From a virus, in the IMG/VR virus record IMGVR_UViG_3300025096_000008, positions 23,183 through 87,182 of that record: a stretch of DNA of 64,000 bases; one strand, written 5' to 3'. The position numbers were made by a program, and so were the translations under genes. Position 1 is the stretch's first letter, and every line of letters begins with the position of its first letter. Shown here piece by piece: positions 39,569 to 49,242 of this stretch. The notes beneath the pieces were generated by a model. It saw only the letters and a program-made list of their open reading frames with translations. It was not told where the DNA came from and did not search any database.

Positions 39569-40420
39569 ATGGGATACAATACTACGGGAGAGAGTCACAC
39601 TAATGGTATTAGTGGAGAAAAGCTGGTATTAAAGTTGATTCGCGAAAACCGAGATCTTCAACTTGATCTGGATCCAGGCAGCACGTCAAAGACAAAAATA
39701 TGTGAACTTGGAGGCACCAAGCAAACTGCCGATCTGGGATATGGTGAATCTCGAATTACCGTCAAGTCTAAGAAGGACAAAAAAAGCGGCACTACAGACT
39801 GGCTAAATACTAGCAGGGTGGGCGATCACCTCCCGAACACCATCGAGCTCTTAGCCTTGCAGGAAACAATCAAAAGCCTCAAAGGCAGCTTTGATTCTAG
39901 AACAAAAAGAGATTCACCCGAAGGAAAAGAAGCATGTGCCTCCGCTAAGAAAATGATAGAAGAAGATACCGATTCAGTCTTAGAATCTTTCCCCGAGTCA
40001 TCACTCCGAGATTTTATCAAGCAGGTATACGAAAAACAAATCGAACAGCTTCACGTTATATACAACCTGGCTTATGACTCTAAGGTTTTGCTTTTCCATG
40101 GTAGTAGCCACCCAATCGGAAGGTACATATCCGATGGCGGCTGCTTTTTTCTAAAGAATACAAAGCGAAACGGAGACATATCGAATTCTCGAAAGATAAT
40201 GTATAAAAAAGATAATCTTTCAGAAGAACAATATACGGGGTGGCGATTACGCATGGTACTAAATAACGGGACAGGAGCATTGCTAGCAGGAAAGCACTGG
40301 TCATCAAATCCAAGTTCCGTACTCACTTTAAAGATTCAGGAAGAGGGCTTCTCTAACATGGTAGCCCAATTGAAAGAAAGAAATTGTCTTAAGGAATATT
40401 CCCATTGTGAGGAGTATTGA
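39569..40420 (+). CDS. restriction-endonuclease-like PD-(D/E)xK protein
   Basis: GISGEK..., GGTKQTADL, ITVKSK. Confidence 0.5.
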   Translation: MGYNTTGESHTNGISGEKLVLKLIRENRDLQLDLDPGSTSKTKICELGGTKQTADLGYGESRITVKSKKDKKSGTTDWLNTSRVGDHLPNTIELLALQETIKSLKGSFDSRTKRDSPEGKEACASAKKMIEEDTDSVLESFPESSLRDFIKQVYEKQIEQLHVIYNLAYDSKVLLFHGSSHPIGRYISDGGCFFLKNTKRNGDISNSRKIMYKKDNLSEEQYTGWRLRMVLNNGTGALLAGKHWSSNPSSVLTLKIQEEGFSNMVAQLKERNCLKEYSHCEEY

Positions 40421-40528
40421 CTTAAGTTGTCATTGTGAGGAGACTCTCTTCATGGCGACAATATGTGTGAGCATTGAGCTCATCACTTATAACCGTAGGC
40501 ATTGAGTCCTACAAAGAAGGAAAATAAC

Positions 40529-41860
40529 ATGGATACACGATATCGAACAAACTGGAAAACACTTTATTCGCTAGCTAAAGGTAGTAAAAAAATAGGCTCC
40601 GCAGATGCGAATCTACAGAGAAAAAAAGGCTGCTGGTCCTCAAAGAGGTCCGTAGAGTGGCTTCTAACTGCTGTAGGGGGGAGAAACTATGCCCCTATTT
40701 ACACTGTCGATCTCTCTAGCTGTCTGGAGTATTCCACACGTCTCGAAGAGCAGCTCGCAGACGAGTTGACTCGTCTTCAATTAGAAGACAAGCTTGGGGC
40801 TCGGATTAAGAGCCAAGCCAAGCTTAGAGCTCAGGCTAAAGAGCTTTCTCTAGGTATTGGGGAATTCAAGAAAAGAATGGAGCGAGGACAAACTCATCTC
40901 ATTCTTGAGGGAGGAAACCGGCACAGAACAATGCTCGATTTTTTTAATGGAGAGTTACAACTCCCGAAGGGTACAGAGATTCCACTAGCAACGGGGTCCG
41001 TATTCTTGCCTAAAGCTATGAGTTACGACGAGATTACTGATTCAAAGTTTGAATTCGAAGGGAGATTGGTGGGTTCAGCATGTGAGCAATATCTTAGCCA
41101 GCTTAATTGCCTGGATATTGAAATTCAGTCGGAAACCTGGGCGGATCTGGAGAAAGACTTTGTTAATATCAATGACGGTGTGCCTTTGAATTCCATGGAG
41201 AAGCTGTGGGTGAAGACAACACCGTTTTCGTCTGTTCTCAGACCAATGCTGACATCAGTATCAAAGGAGTGGCTACAAAACTATGGAAAATCAGCCAACA
41301 TAGACATTTCTCGCCGCGACGAAGCACTACTTATGAGCCAGTTGGCTATGTTGCTGAAATACGGCTTAGGCTGTGATACCAAGAAAGCAGATGTTAGATT
41401 ATTTTGGCAAAAGGATGAAGAGGTGACAGAGAAAGAGAAGCACTTGTTGGAGCGTCTACAGGAGAATATTTTACATGCCAATTTTGATAAAATAATCTCA
41501 GAGTCAAACTTGGGCGGCAAACAGCTTCCAAAGTGGCTGTCCACCTCCTTTCTCTATTCGATACTACACTTAACTGATCTCGGGCTTAGTATTCGCTTTG
41601 ACAACAGAGATGAGTGTTGTGAGCTAATCTACGGTACCGCCACTAAGCTATATAGCGATAGCAAGGCTCGGTATGCTAAAGATTTAAATGATTTCTCTTC
41701 AGGCGATGTGGAAGTAGAGCCCAGAGAATCTCAGTATCCACATTGGCTCATCACTAATAGTGATGTCGGCTCAGCTAGGAAGAAGTTTCTTGATGAGTTC
41801 CTCCCACTGCTCGATGAAAAGGTGCAGGAGAGGAAGCACCTCTTCTCCAAGGCAGCATAA
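40529..41860 (+). CDS. DUF262/ParB-like (GmrSD-N) domain protein
   Basis: NLQR..CW, ILEGGNR (DGQQR variant), FVNINDGVPLN; AAGGA RBS before ATG 40529. Confidence 0.65.
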   Translation: MDTRYRTNWKTLYSLAKGSKKIGSADANLQRKKGCWSSKRSVEWLLTAVGGRNYAPIYTVDLSSCLEYSTRLEEQLADELTRLQLEDKLGARIKSQAKLRAQAKELSLGIGEFKKRMERGQTHLILEGGNRHRTMLDFFNGELQLPKGTEIPLATGSVFLPKAMSYDEITDSKFEFEGRLVGSACEQYLSQLNCLDIEIQSETWADLEKDFVNINDGVPLNSMEKLWVKTTPFSSVLRPMLTSVSKEWLQNYGKSANIDISRRDEALLMSQLAMLLKYGLGCDTKKADVRLFWQKDEEVTEKEKHLLERLQENILHANFDKIISESNLGGKQLPKWLSTSFLYSILHLTDLGLSIRFDNRDECCELIYGTATKLYSDSKARYAKDLNDFSSGDVEVEPRESQYPHWLITNSDVGSARKKFLDEFLPLLDEKVQERKHLFSKAA

Positions 41861-41918
41861 AGCTGTTTATTGAAGATATGTCGAAGTAAAAATAGAAATA
41901 GAAAGAGAGGCAAAAGGT

Positions 41919-42908
41919 ATGATTAAACAAGGAGACTCACTGGAGTTGCTAAAGGAGATCGAAAGTGATACTGTATCAACAGCTTATTTCGATCCACCCT
42001 TCAACACTGGTCGAAACTTTGAGCTAGATTCTTCGTCTGAAGGAAAAAAGGTAAAATTTTCAGACAAGTGGTCTAGCGACGAAGCTTATCAGAATTTCAT
42101 AAGCCCGGTTGTAGAACAAATCAAACGAGTTTTGAAGCCAGAAGGATCTTTGTTTTTTCATATCTCTGCTGCAGAGATGTATATTCCAGAGAAGGTATGC
42201 CGAGCTCACTTTGACAATGTTAAGCCTATATTTTGGAAAAAGTCACGCTCCAAAAACAATGTAAAGAAAAAGCTTGGTGCAACGATTGATATTATATTTC
42301 AGTGCTCGAAGACGAAAAATCCAAAATTTAACCCCGTGTATCAACCACTCGATGCTTATTATCTAGAGCACTCCTACCGGAACAAGGACGATGTTGGGTA
42401 TTATGCACTTGGTCATTTAGTTAACGACAGGACGAGGAAGGTGAACCTGGAAGAAGATGCCAATAAGCCGGAGGCTAATAGGAGGATATATTCTTACACT
42501 GCTAACGGCAGAACATGGATGCCCGATAATGGATGGCGCCTTTCAGAGCCTGACTTGCTTAAATTAATCGACCAAGGTCGTGTCCATTTCCCGGCTAGCG
42601 AAAAGAGAGGAAATCTCTATCGAAAGATCTACAAGCATGAATCCAAAGGGAAGCCCTGTACAGATCTGTGGGACGATATTCACTCCATTGCACAGGGAAC
42701 TGAGAGATATTATCCGACACAAAAGCCAGATAAGCTTCTGGAGAGAATCATAGAAATGTCTTCTGATTTGGGCGAAGTAGTTTTAGATCCAATGGCTGGA
42801 TCGGGAACGACGCCAGCGATGGCTAAAAAGCTTGGAAGGAAGTATATTGCCTTCGACATAAGCGAAGAAGCAGTTCATATAATGAGGACGAAGAGACAAC
42901 TCGCTTAA
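41919..42908 (+). CDS. beta-class N4/N6 DNA methyltransferase
   Basis: GDSLE, DPPF, DLWDDI, YPTQKP, VLDPMAGSGTT. Confidence 0.92.
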   Translation: MIKQGDSLELLKEIESDTVSTAYFDPPFNTGRNFELDSSSEGKKVKFSDKWSSDEAYQNFISPVVEQIKRVLKPEGSLFFHISAAEMYIPEKVCRAHFDNVKPIFWKKSRSKNNVKKKLGATIDIIFQCSKTKNPKFNPVYQPLDAYYLEHSYRNKDDVGYYALGHLVNDRTRKVNLEEDANKPEANRRIYSYTANGRTWMPDNGWRLSEPDLLKLIDQGRVHFPASEKRGNLYRKIYKHESKGKPCTDLWDDIHSIAQGTERYYPTQKPDKLLERIIEMSSDLGEVVLDPMAGSGTTPAMAKKLGRKYIAFDISEEAVHIMRTKRQLA

Positions 42909-43223
42909 CGAGTCTAGAAGTAGAGTCCCCATGCCTATCCGTGGTAGGCAGATACGACAAGCCATTATGTTCTAGGAAAAAGCCAATAGATCCGAGCACT
43001 TACGGTCAGGCTCCTATGCTACTATAAAGTAACGACTTTTTCTGATCTGTGGCGATGGATGCCCTAAGCAGATCCGATCCAGATCTGGAGAAATAAAACC
43101 TGTTATAAATCAAGAGGTTATAAAAAAAGTAAAAAAACATCTCTCAAAAGCTTGACAGATTGAAAATGATCTGTTATAATGACCTATGCTCAGCAACAGA
43201 GCAGGAGCGAAAGGAAACAGAGA

Positions 43224-44360
43224 ATGAAGAAAGTTTTAAAGTTCAACGAATACGAGAAAGAGAAAGTAATAGCTTTGCCAGAAGATGAAGAAACTGGCGA
43301 GCCAGGACGAGAATACGGATTTAAGCTAAAGTGGAAGGATCCTAACGACGTAGCCAAGGTTCCAAGGAGTAAGCAAATACGAGCCCTCGGCACTAAAGCA
43401 AAGGGAGTGGTGGAAAAGAGGAACGCCATGGCTGATGATGGATTGGAGCAACCTCTTATTAGTTATGATGGTCTTAACGGAACAGATGAGCTTATTGATG
43501 CCTACACTAGGCGCGCCGCTATTGAGCAATATTTTATCGTGCCTGGCGAGGGCAAGCTTCCATTTTGGGAACTACAAGGGCAACACACGGTAGAGCAAAT
43601 AGAGGATTTACAATTATTCCTGAACCAAGATAAGGACACCACTCAAGGCAACGATATGCCAACAATAAGAAGCCGACTGCTAGCAAGGTTAGCTAACAAC
43701 AATGACATGTCGCCAGCCGAGAAGTTGAAAGAATGTCAAAGGGTGGTAAGATTGTCGGCACCGGCAAGATGGAGCCCCCAACAGAGAAACAATGAAGCCA
43801 AGGGGATTTTTAATGAAATAAATGGCGGCGACACATCTATCCTTGCTGCCATAGAAGGCTTTAATACTGCTCTAGTAAAAGAGCAGTTGGTTCGGGGAGT
43901 CAATAGGGGGCTATACCCTCAGTTGGATATGAGCGACTTTATCTTGAAAAACAACAGTTTCCATTCGGGAGGTTTCCACGGCAACAAGTCTGTTCGAGTT
44001 TTGCCGACCAGCGATGTCGCCAATAACATTGGAAAAGAAGGAAAGTTGAGGTATATCAACCGAGAACAGACTAGCTCACCTGGTGATGAGGTTCATTGGA
44101 TCTTCTTTGTACAGGATTCCAAAGGGGCTGACGACGTTCTAAGGAAGCGAAAAGAAGCAGAACAGAAGGCTCAAAAGCTCATGAGCTTGATGATGCCAGA
44201 CGTGAAATTCTACGCTTGGTTCTTCCCACAAATCTTAGATTCCGTTGGCAATATTGAAGCGGAACCCCCTGGCGTTCTGATAAGGGGCAAGAGCAATACA
44301 TATGGTAATGTGAAGAAAGCGCCACCATCGACGGTTGTCAAGTTCAGGGCTAAGAAATAG
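43224..44360 (+). CDS. ParB/Srx-like domain protein
   Basis: GLEQPLI...LIDAYTRRAA; promoter at 43152-43180 with an IHF site at 43108-43120. Confidence 0.45.
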   Translation: MKKVLKFNEYEKEKVIALPEDEETGEPGREYGFKLKWKDPNDVAKVPRSKQIRALGTKAKGVVEKRNAMADDGLEQPLISYDGLNGTDELIDAYTRRAAIEQYFIVPGEGKLPFWELQGQHTVEQIEDLQLFLNQDKDTTQGNDMPTIRSRLLARLANNNDMSPAEKLKECQRVVRLSAPARWSPQQRNNEAKGIFNEINGGDTSILAAIEGFNTALVKEQLVRGVNRGLYPQLDMSDFILKNNSFHSGGFHGNKSVRVLPTSDVANNIGKEGKLRYINREQTSSPGDEVHWIFFVQDSKGADDVLRKRKEAEQKAQKLMSLMMPDVKFYAWFFPQILDSVGNIEAEPPGVLIRGKSNTYGNVKKAPPSTVVKFRAKK

Positions 44361-44575
44361 CACACTTCTCATTTCAAAGCTTTCCCTTAGAGTTTCTTTT
44401 CCTTTCGCCAAGGGAAAGCTTTGGAAGTGTTGATGGTATCAAAACCATAAGATATAGACATTGGTAGACAGATGCGACAATAAAAGATCGCCCCGATTTT
44501 TTCACACACCAAACACTTACTTTTAGCTTGACATACTGGAAATGATCCGCTATAATGAATAGAAAGGCAACAGAG

Positions 44576-44740
44576 ATGAGTAAGCACCATATAGGCGAGA
44601 AGATTTGTGATGTTATATGGGGAGGCAAGGTGGAAGTGTTAGAAATAATTGACCACTTGGAGCCCACAGTGTATAAAGTAAAAGACGAGGACGGTAATGA
44701 ATACCTCCTCCCAGAAGACGATGTAGACACCCTCCAATAG
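44576..44740 (+). CDS. small SH3-like protein
   Basis: HHIGEKI...VYKV...LLPEDDV; promoter at 44528-44556. Confidence 0.5.
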   Translation: MSKHHIGEKICDVIWGGKVEVLEIIDHLEPTVYKVKDEDGNEYLLPEDDVDTLQ

Positions 44741-44762
44741 GGAACGAAAGGAGAAAAGAACA

Positions 44763-45218
44763 ATGAAAAATCCAGAAGTTGATATCAATACAAGAAAAGT
44801 TCACGAGCTTGAAATGGAAGGTCGAGGCGGAAAGGAGGATGAATACTTGAAGATCTTGGGAGATGATTGGAAAAAGGTGAATGGTGTTTTACACGACTTT
44901 GTAAATGTGGTCACGGGGCAGTGCATTGAGCTTAAAAAACAGCAAAATCAACAATGGTTGGATCCATCAAAATACACTTCAATGTCAGAGTCAGAACTAG
45001 ATATTCCAATGCACTGGGTATGTTGGAAAAAAGGTAATGGTGTTGATCTGATTCTAGAATCAAGCACGAGGCAGATGATGAGTGTGATGGGATGGGATAG
45101 ATCTTACCTCGACGATCTAGTCAAATTCAAGTCTAAACATAATGTACCAACACAGTGGAAACAGCCCATAAGAGTGAGAAGTTTCAAAGATAAATTTAAG
45201 GTGATATATGAACGATAA
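44763..45218 (+). CDS. PD-(D/E)xK nuclease-like protein
   Basis: KE...HDFV...IELKK. Confidence 0.55.
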   Translation: MKNPEVDINTRKVHELEMEGRGGKEDEYLKILGDDWKKVNGVLHDFVNVVTGQCIELKKQQNQQWLDPSKYTSMSESELDIPMHWVCWKKGNGVDLILESSTRQMMSVMGWDRSYLDDLVKFKSKHNVPTQWKQPIRVRSFKDKFKVIYER

Positions 45219-45395
45219 AATTCTCCCTGATATGAAGCTGTTTGATATCTTACAGCAGGAAACTGTTACAGTCATAGCTGTTAATGAAGAGGTGTGTCCG
45301 AAGATATTCACTGTCATAGATTCAGCCGGTTGCCGATACAATTTATCTGAGGATGATTCTCACGGATTACAGGCAACAACGAAAGGATACACAAG

Positions 45396-45662
45396 ATGAT
45401 TATCAAGCCAGCCGAAGGATACATAAAGGTAGATCAGGTCCAGCCCACAGAGGTGGGACAGACTGTGAATCCCCCATATGCCTTCTTCCGAGTTACTGAC
45501 CATAACAAGTCTCGCTATCACTCGGGTGACATCGTGGTTGCTCTGGGCAATCAAGTCGCTTGCCTACAAGGTATTTCCGGCGAAGTAGAAAACCGAGATA
45601 AAGCTCTTCTCCTCAGAGAGGAGAACGTAGTCTGCCAGGTACTTCCTGTCAGCAACAAATAA
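45396..45662 (+). CDS. GroES-like co-chaperonin 2
   Basis: IKPAEGYIKV, SGDIVV, LLLREENVV. Confidence 0.5.
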   Translation: MIIKPAEGYIKVDQVQPTEVGQTVNPPYAFFRVTDHNKSRYHSGDIVVALGNQVACLQGISGEVENRDKALLLREENVVCQVLPVSNK

Positions 45663-45704
45663 GCATAACCCCGCCCATGATATTCTTAATAATGATTTTA
45701 TTGT

Positions 45705-47807
45705 GTGTGTTGGTTGCAGCGGATAGAAATAGATAAAGAAAAAAAAGGAAAGAAGGATCCGAGAATGAAAGAAAATAATAGTAATAATTTGCTAGCAGTA
45801 GCAGAGGGTTCTCTTGTCGGTAAGAAGATTGATGATTGTGATATCATCATCGATAAAATCAACGAGATTGAGGCACGATGCTTGGACCGCTTAGAATCAG
45901 TCGAACAGCTCCTCAACTCCCTGAAGCGGGAGATTGATTACATCCAACCCAGAGACATAAGCTAAGCTTATGAGCGATGGCACAAGAAGGATAACTTGGA
46001 AACAGGTAGAGAAATATCTTGATTTGTGTAAGAGGTATAATCTTGAGCCGGGCTTGGAGAAGCTGAACTACTCTTTGGTTAACGAAGATTCAGCTTCTCC
46101 GCTGTCCGGCTGGTATCCTAACGATCCCAATTGTAGGACTGAAGATTATATAATCATAATGCCAGATGGAGAGCACTACCATCACGACATATACTTAGCC
46201 AACAGCAAGAGCATGAGAGACTGGCTGTACGGCATTACCTGGTAAAAGAGAAAGAGAGAGAGACAACATGGCTTCAAGAGCTAGAAAAAAAGAACTGTTC
46301 GATGCCGTAGCCAGTCGCTACGAAGCAGAGATAGCCCGCCACCGGGTAACATTACATATGTATATTAGCGAGCCAATAGCTGTGGCTGATCATTCAACCA
46401 TTGTGGAGGAGATCGCCGGTCTGGTAGATAAGCTTGCCTCGGCAAAAGACTCCCTCACAACCCTCCAGTCACTGAACGAGTACCTTTTCCTTGACGATGA
46501 CGAAGAAGAGTAAGCCACCCGAAGAGACGACATTCGTCAATTGGTACCCATCAGAGTCCAGTTCGTATGATCGCTCAATGGCACCAGTACCAGTTGATGA
46601 AGACTGTCGAGCCTGGGCTAGTCCAAGAACACCCACCCTCAAGAAGGGAGATCTCATCCAGGATAAAGAGCATCCGGATGACTTCGGCTTGATAGTGGCT
46701 GTGGATGAAAGCAGGGAAGACCCATACAGGGTGTATGTGTTCAACCACATTGGTGAGGAAAACAGATGTTATTGGATGTTACAGTGGTATGTGGAGGAGG
46801 GCTGTGTTGTTGTATCCGAAGAGCAGCCGAGTAAAGGAGATGTTTCATAGTGGCGAAGAAGGAGGTAGAGAATAATGGCGGACATGATAATGAACATTGG
46901 CTTCGTAATGATGATGGTAACTGTAATATTGGCAGGAATTGTCGCTCTTTGTAACCTATAGGAAAGAGAGGCTGATGGAACTGTTTGTAACCGCGATAGG
47001 GATAGGTTATGTGGTAGTGATAGTAGCCTGTATCGTTGGTATTTTTAGATTGTTTTAGAAAAGACTTGACAAAGAGTATTGTGTTATGGTAGTGTTATAA
47101 GATGTATAAAAGATCGCCCCGATTTTTTCGCGGTAATTTTTTCCACAAACAACGAGCCTGCTTACTGCCTGCCTGCTTAGCTGCTCAAAGCTCAAAATGC
47201 TTAGGATGCTAACTCAGGAGATGTTTTGAAGAAAGAACCACTATTAGAGCTTGACCTAGGGACCATAATCTACGACAGAGAGTGGCCAGACGACGTAGGC
47301 TTGATTTGTGCCAAGGACGAGGGTCGCTCTCTGTATCTGATCCGTTGGTGGAATTGGGGAAACTTTAGCCCCATATGGATTAAGGCTAGTTATGTGGAAC
47401 ACTCCTGCAGTGAGTTGACAATGGAAGATCTGCCCCTCTATTACGAGCGACTACAGAAATGCCACGAAAATGCCGAGAAGGGTAAGGAATATTATGATAT
47501 TGCCGAGGCAGAGCTAGATGCTGATCTCTATGCAGCAGGCATGTTGGGGCTGCCCTACGACAGCGAGGAGGAAGAATGAGCCGAGAGAGTAAAAGAAATA
47601 AATATTATGAATATCCAGAAGCTAAAGAGAAAGATATTACAGATAGCATATAGAATGCTTATGGTAGAGATAGACTTCCAGAACAAATGTGATCACTGCT
47701 TTGAGAAGAAAGAGTGGCAAGGAAAAGACGGAAGCTCATTGTGTGATAAGCACTATAAAGAAACATTAGGTAGGTTAGGTAAGAAAGGAGTTGATAATGC
47801 CATATAA
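45705..47807 (+). other. small hypothetical ORFs, including GDLV-type 46491-46850 and 47226-47579
   Basis: LKKGDLIQD..DDFGLI and LGTIIYD..DDVGLI...YVE..C look like mutual paralogues. Confidence 0.55.
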
Positions 47808-48348
47808 GCAGAGAGAGTGTACGAGGTGTGAAGCTTCTTATATTCCGAATTCGAATAGCCAAAAATATTGCAAAGAATGTGCCCCAAAGGCATATAAAGA
47901 AGGCAATAAACGATACCGCCAGGATAACCCAGGGAAGGTCAAAGCCATCTATGCGCAAGTCTACCAAGAAAAGAAAGAGCAGGATATTGCTTGCCTGTAC
48001 TCAATATTAAACAAGATGACTGATCGGGGCTATATCGGCGAGACGGTAGGATTTGAAAGGAGAGTATATGAACACAAAAAGAACCTCCAGGGAGGACGGC
48101 ACCCCAACTCACTCATCCAAAAAGACTACGACAAGTATGGTGCTGATGCTTTTGAATTCTCGATGGTAAAAGAAATAAATAAAGAAGACTTCCAGAGCGA
48201 GAAGGAGCTGAAAGAGTGCCTAAAAGTAGAGGAAGCAATGCTGGTATTAGAGGAAGTAGAGGAAGGCAAAGAGTTGTATAACTTGGCATTAAATCTACCC
48301 ATAACATCCATACCGGCTGTCCTTAGAGGTAGAGAAACATTTAGGTAA
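47797..48348 (+). CDS. GIY-YIG endonuclease with an N-terminal zinc ribbon
   Basis: CTRC..CKEC; LYSI.N....RGYIGET..FERR, H.N..IQ.DY.KYG, LYN. Confidence 0.85.
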   Translation: MPYKQRECTRCEASYIPNSNSQKYCKECAPKAYKEGNKRYRQDNPGKVKAIYAQVYQEKKEQDIACLYSILNKMTDRGYIGETVGFERRVYEHKKNLQGGRHPNSLIQKDYDKYGADAFEFSMVKEINKEDFQSEKELKECLKVEEAMLVLEEVEEGKELYNLALNLPITSIPAVLRGRETFR

Positions 48349-48520
48349 GAAGGAATAGAATGATTCATATATGTCCAATTGAGATAGCAGCAGTATTGGG
48401 AATGGTCCCGGTAATACCATACTTGATGGCAAGACTTCGAACGCTAGCCATGAGGCAAGGCGAGCAAGCCAGCAACCACAAGTAAAGATAATAAGCATCA
48501 GCAAGGAGAAATAATAAGCG

Positions 48521-48862
48521 ATGATACAAAAAATAAAAAACATATTAGGTAGTATAGCAAACAAGATAGACAATAACCTAATGAAGACAGAGCTAGCAAA
48601 AGAGAAGTATCATATAGCATACCCAGTAATGTTATGTGTATTGTCTTATGGATTGTTTATAGTAGCTACATTGTTAGCTGTAGAAGTATTGATGATGAAG
48701 AAAGCTGATCCATTAGAACTACTAGTTGTAATACACTCAGTAATCTTAGGAGCAATATGCTTGTTCGCTATGTTCAAGAGTTCCTTCTCTGTAGGAGTGC
48801 ATGTACATAGATACCAAGCAAAGAAGGAAGAGCAAGCCAAACAGCAGCCAAAACAAGCCTAA
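48521..48862 (+). CDS. 2-TM membrane protein
   Basis: Two hydrophobic segments; AGGAG RBS. Confidence 0.6.
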   Translation: MIQKIKNILGSIANKIDNNLMKTELAKEKYHIAYPVMLCVLSYGLFIVATLLAVEVLMMKKADPLELLVVIHSVILGAICLFAMFKSSFSVGVHVHRYQAKKEEQAKQQPKQA

Positions 48863-49125
48863 TTTTATTATTATATAAGGGGGAAAAGGAGTAGTTGGAG
48901 CTACAAAGCTCTAACAGTAGAAGTGGTGGTGCCTGTATAGTATAATAAGGTTATATAAATATAAGGGATAAGGATAAGCAAGGGATACTAATGAGGTACT
49001 GGGATATAGTGAAAAAGCTAGTAGTATCTACTCACAATATAAGTAGTCAGTCAATACCCCTTCGTTCTTTTATATAATAAATAGCTCCCCCTTGTAAGGG
49101 TACGGAATTGCTAAGCATTTTAGGG

Positions 49126-49242
49126 TGTGATTTATATCACAGATCTAGTGCTTTTTCTTGATTAAAAGCTTGACAGATAGAGATCACTCTGCTACAGTAG
49201 ATCATATAGAGAGATCACTTTTAGGAAAGGCAGATCACCATG
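49126..49242 (+). promoter_or_regulatory. promoter with a CRP-type box and four AGATCA elements
   Basis: TGTGA-N6-TCACA at 49126-49141; TTGACA 49170, 17 bp, TACAGT; AGATCA at 49181, 49199, 49212 and 49232. Confidence 0.75.
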
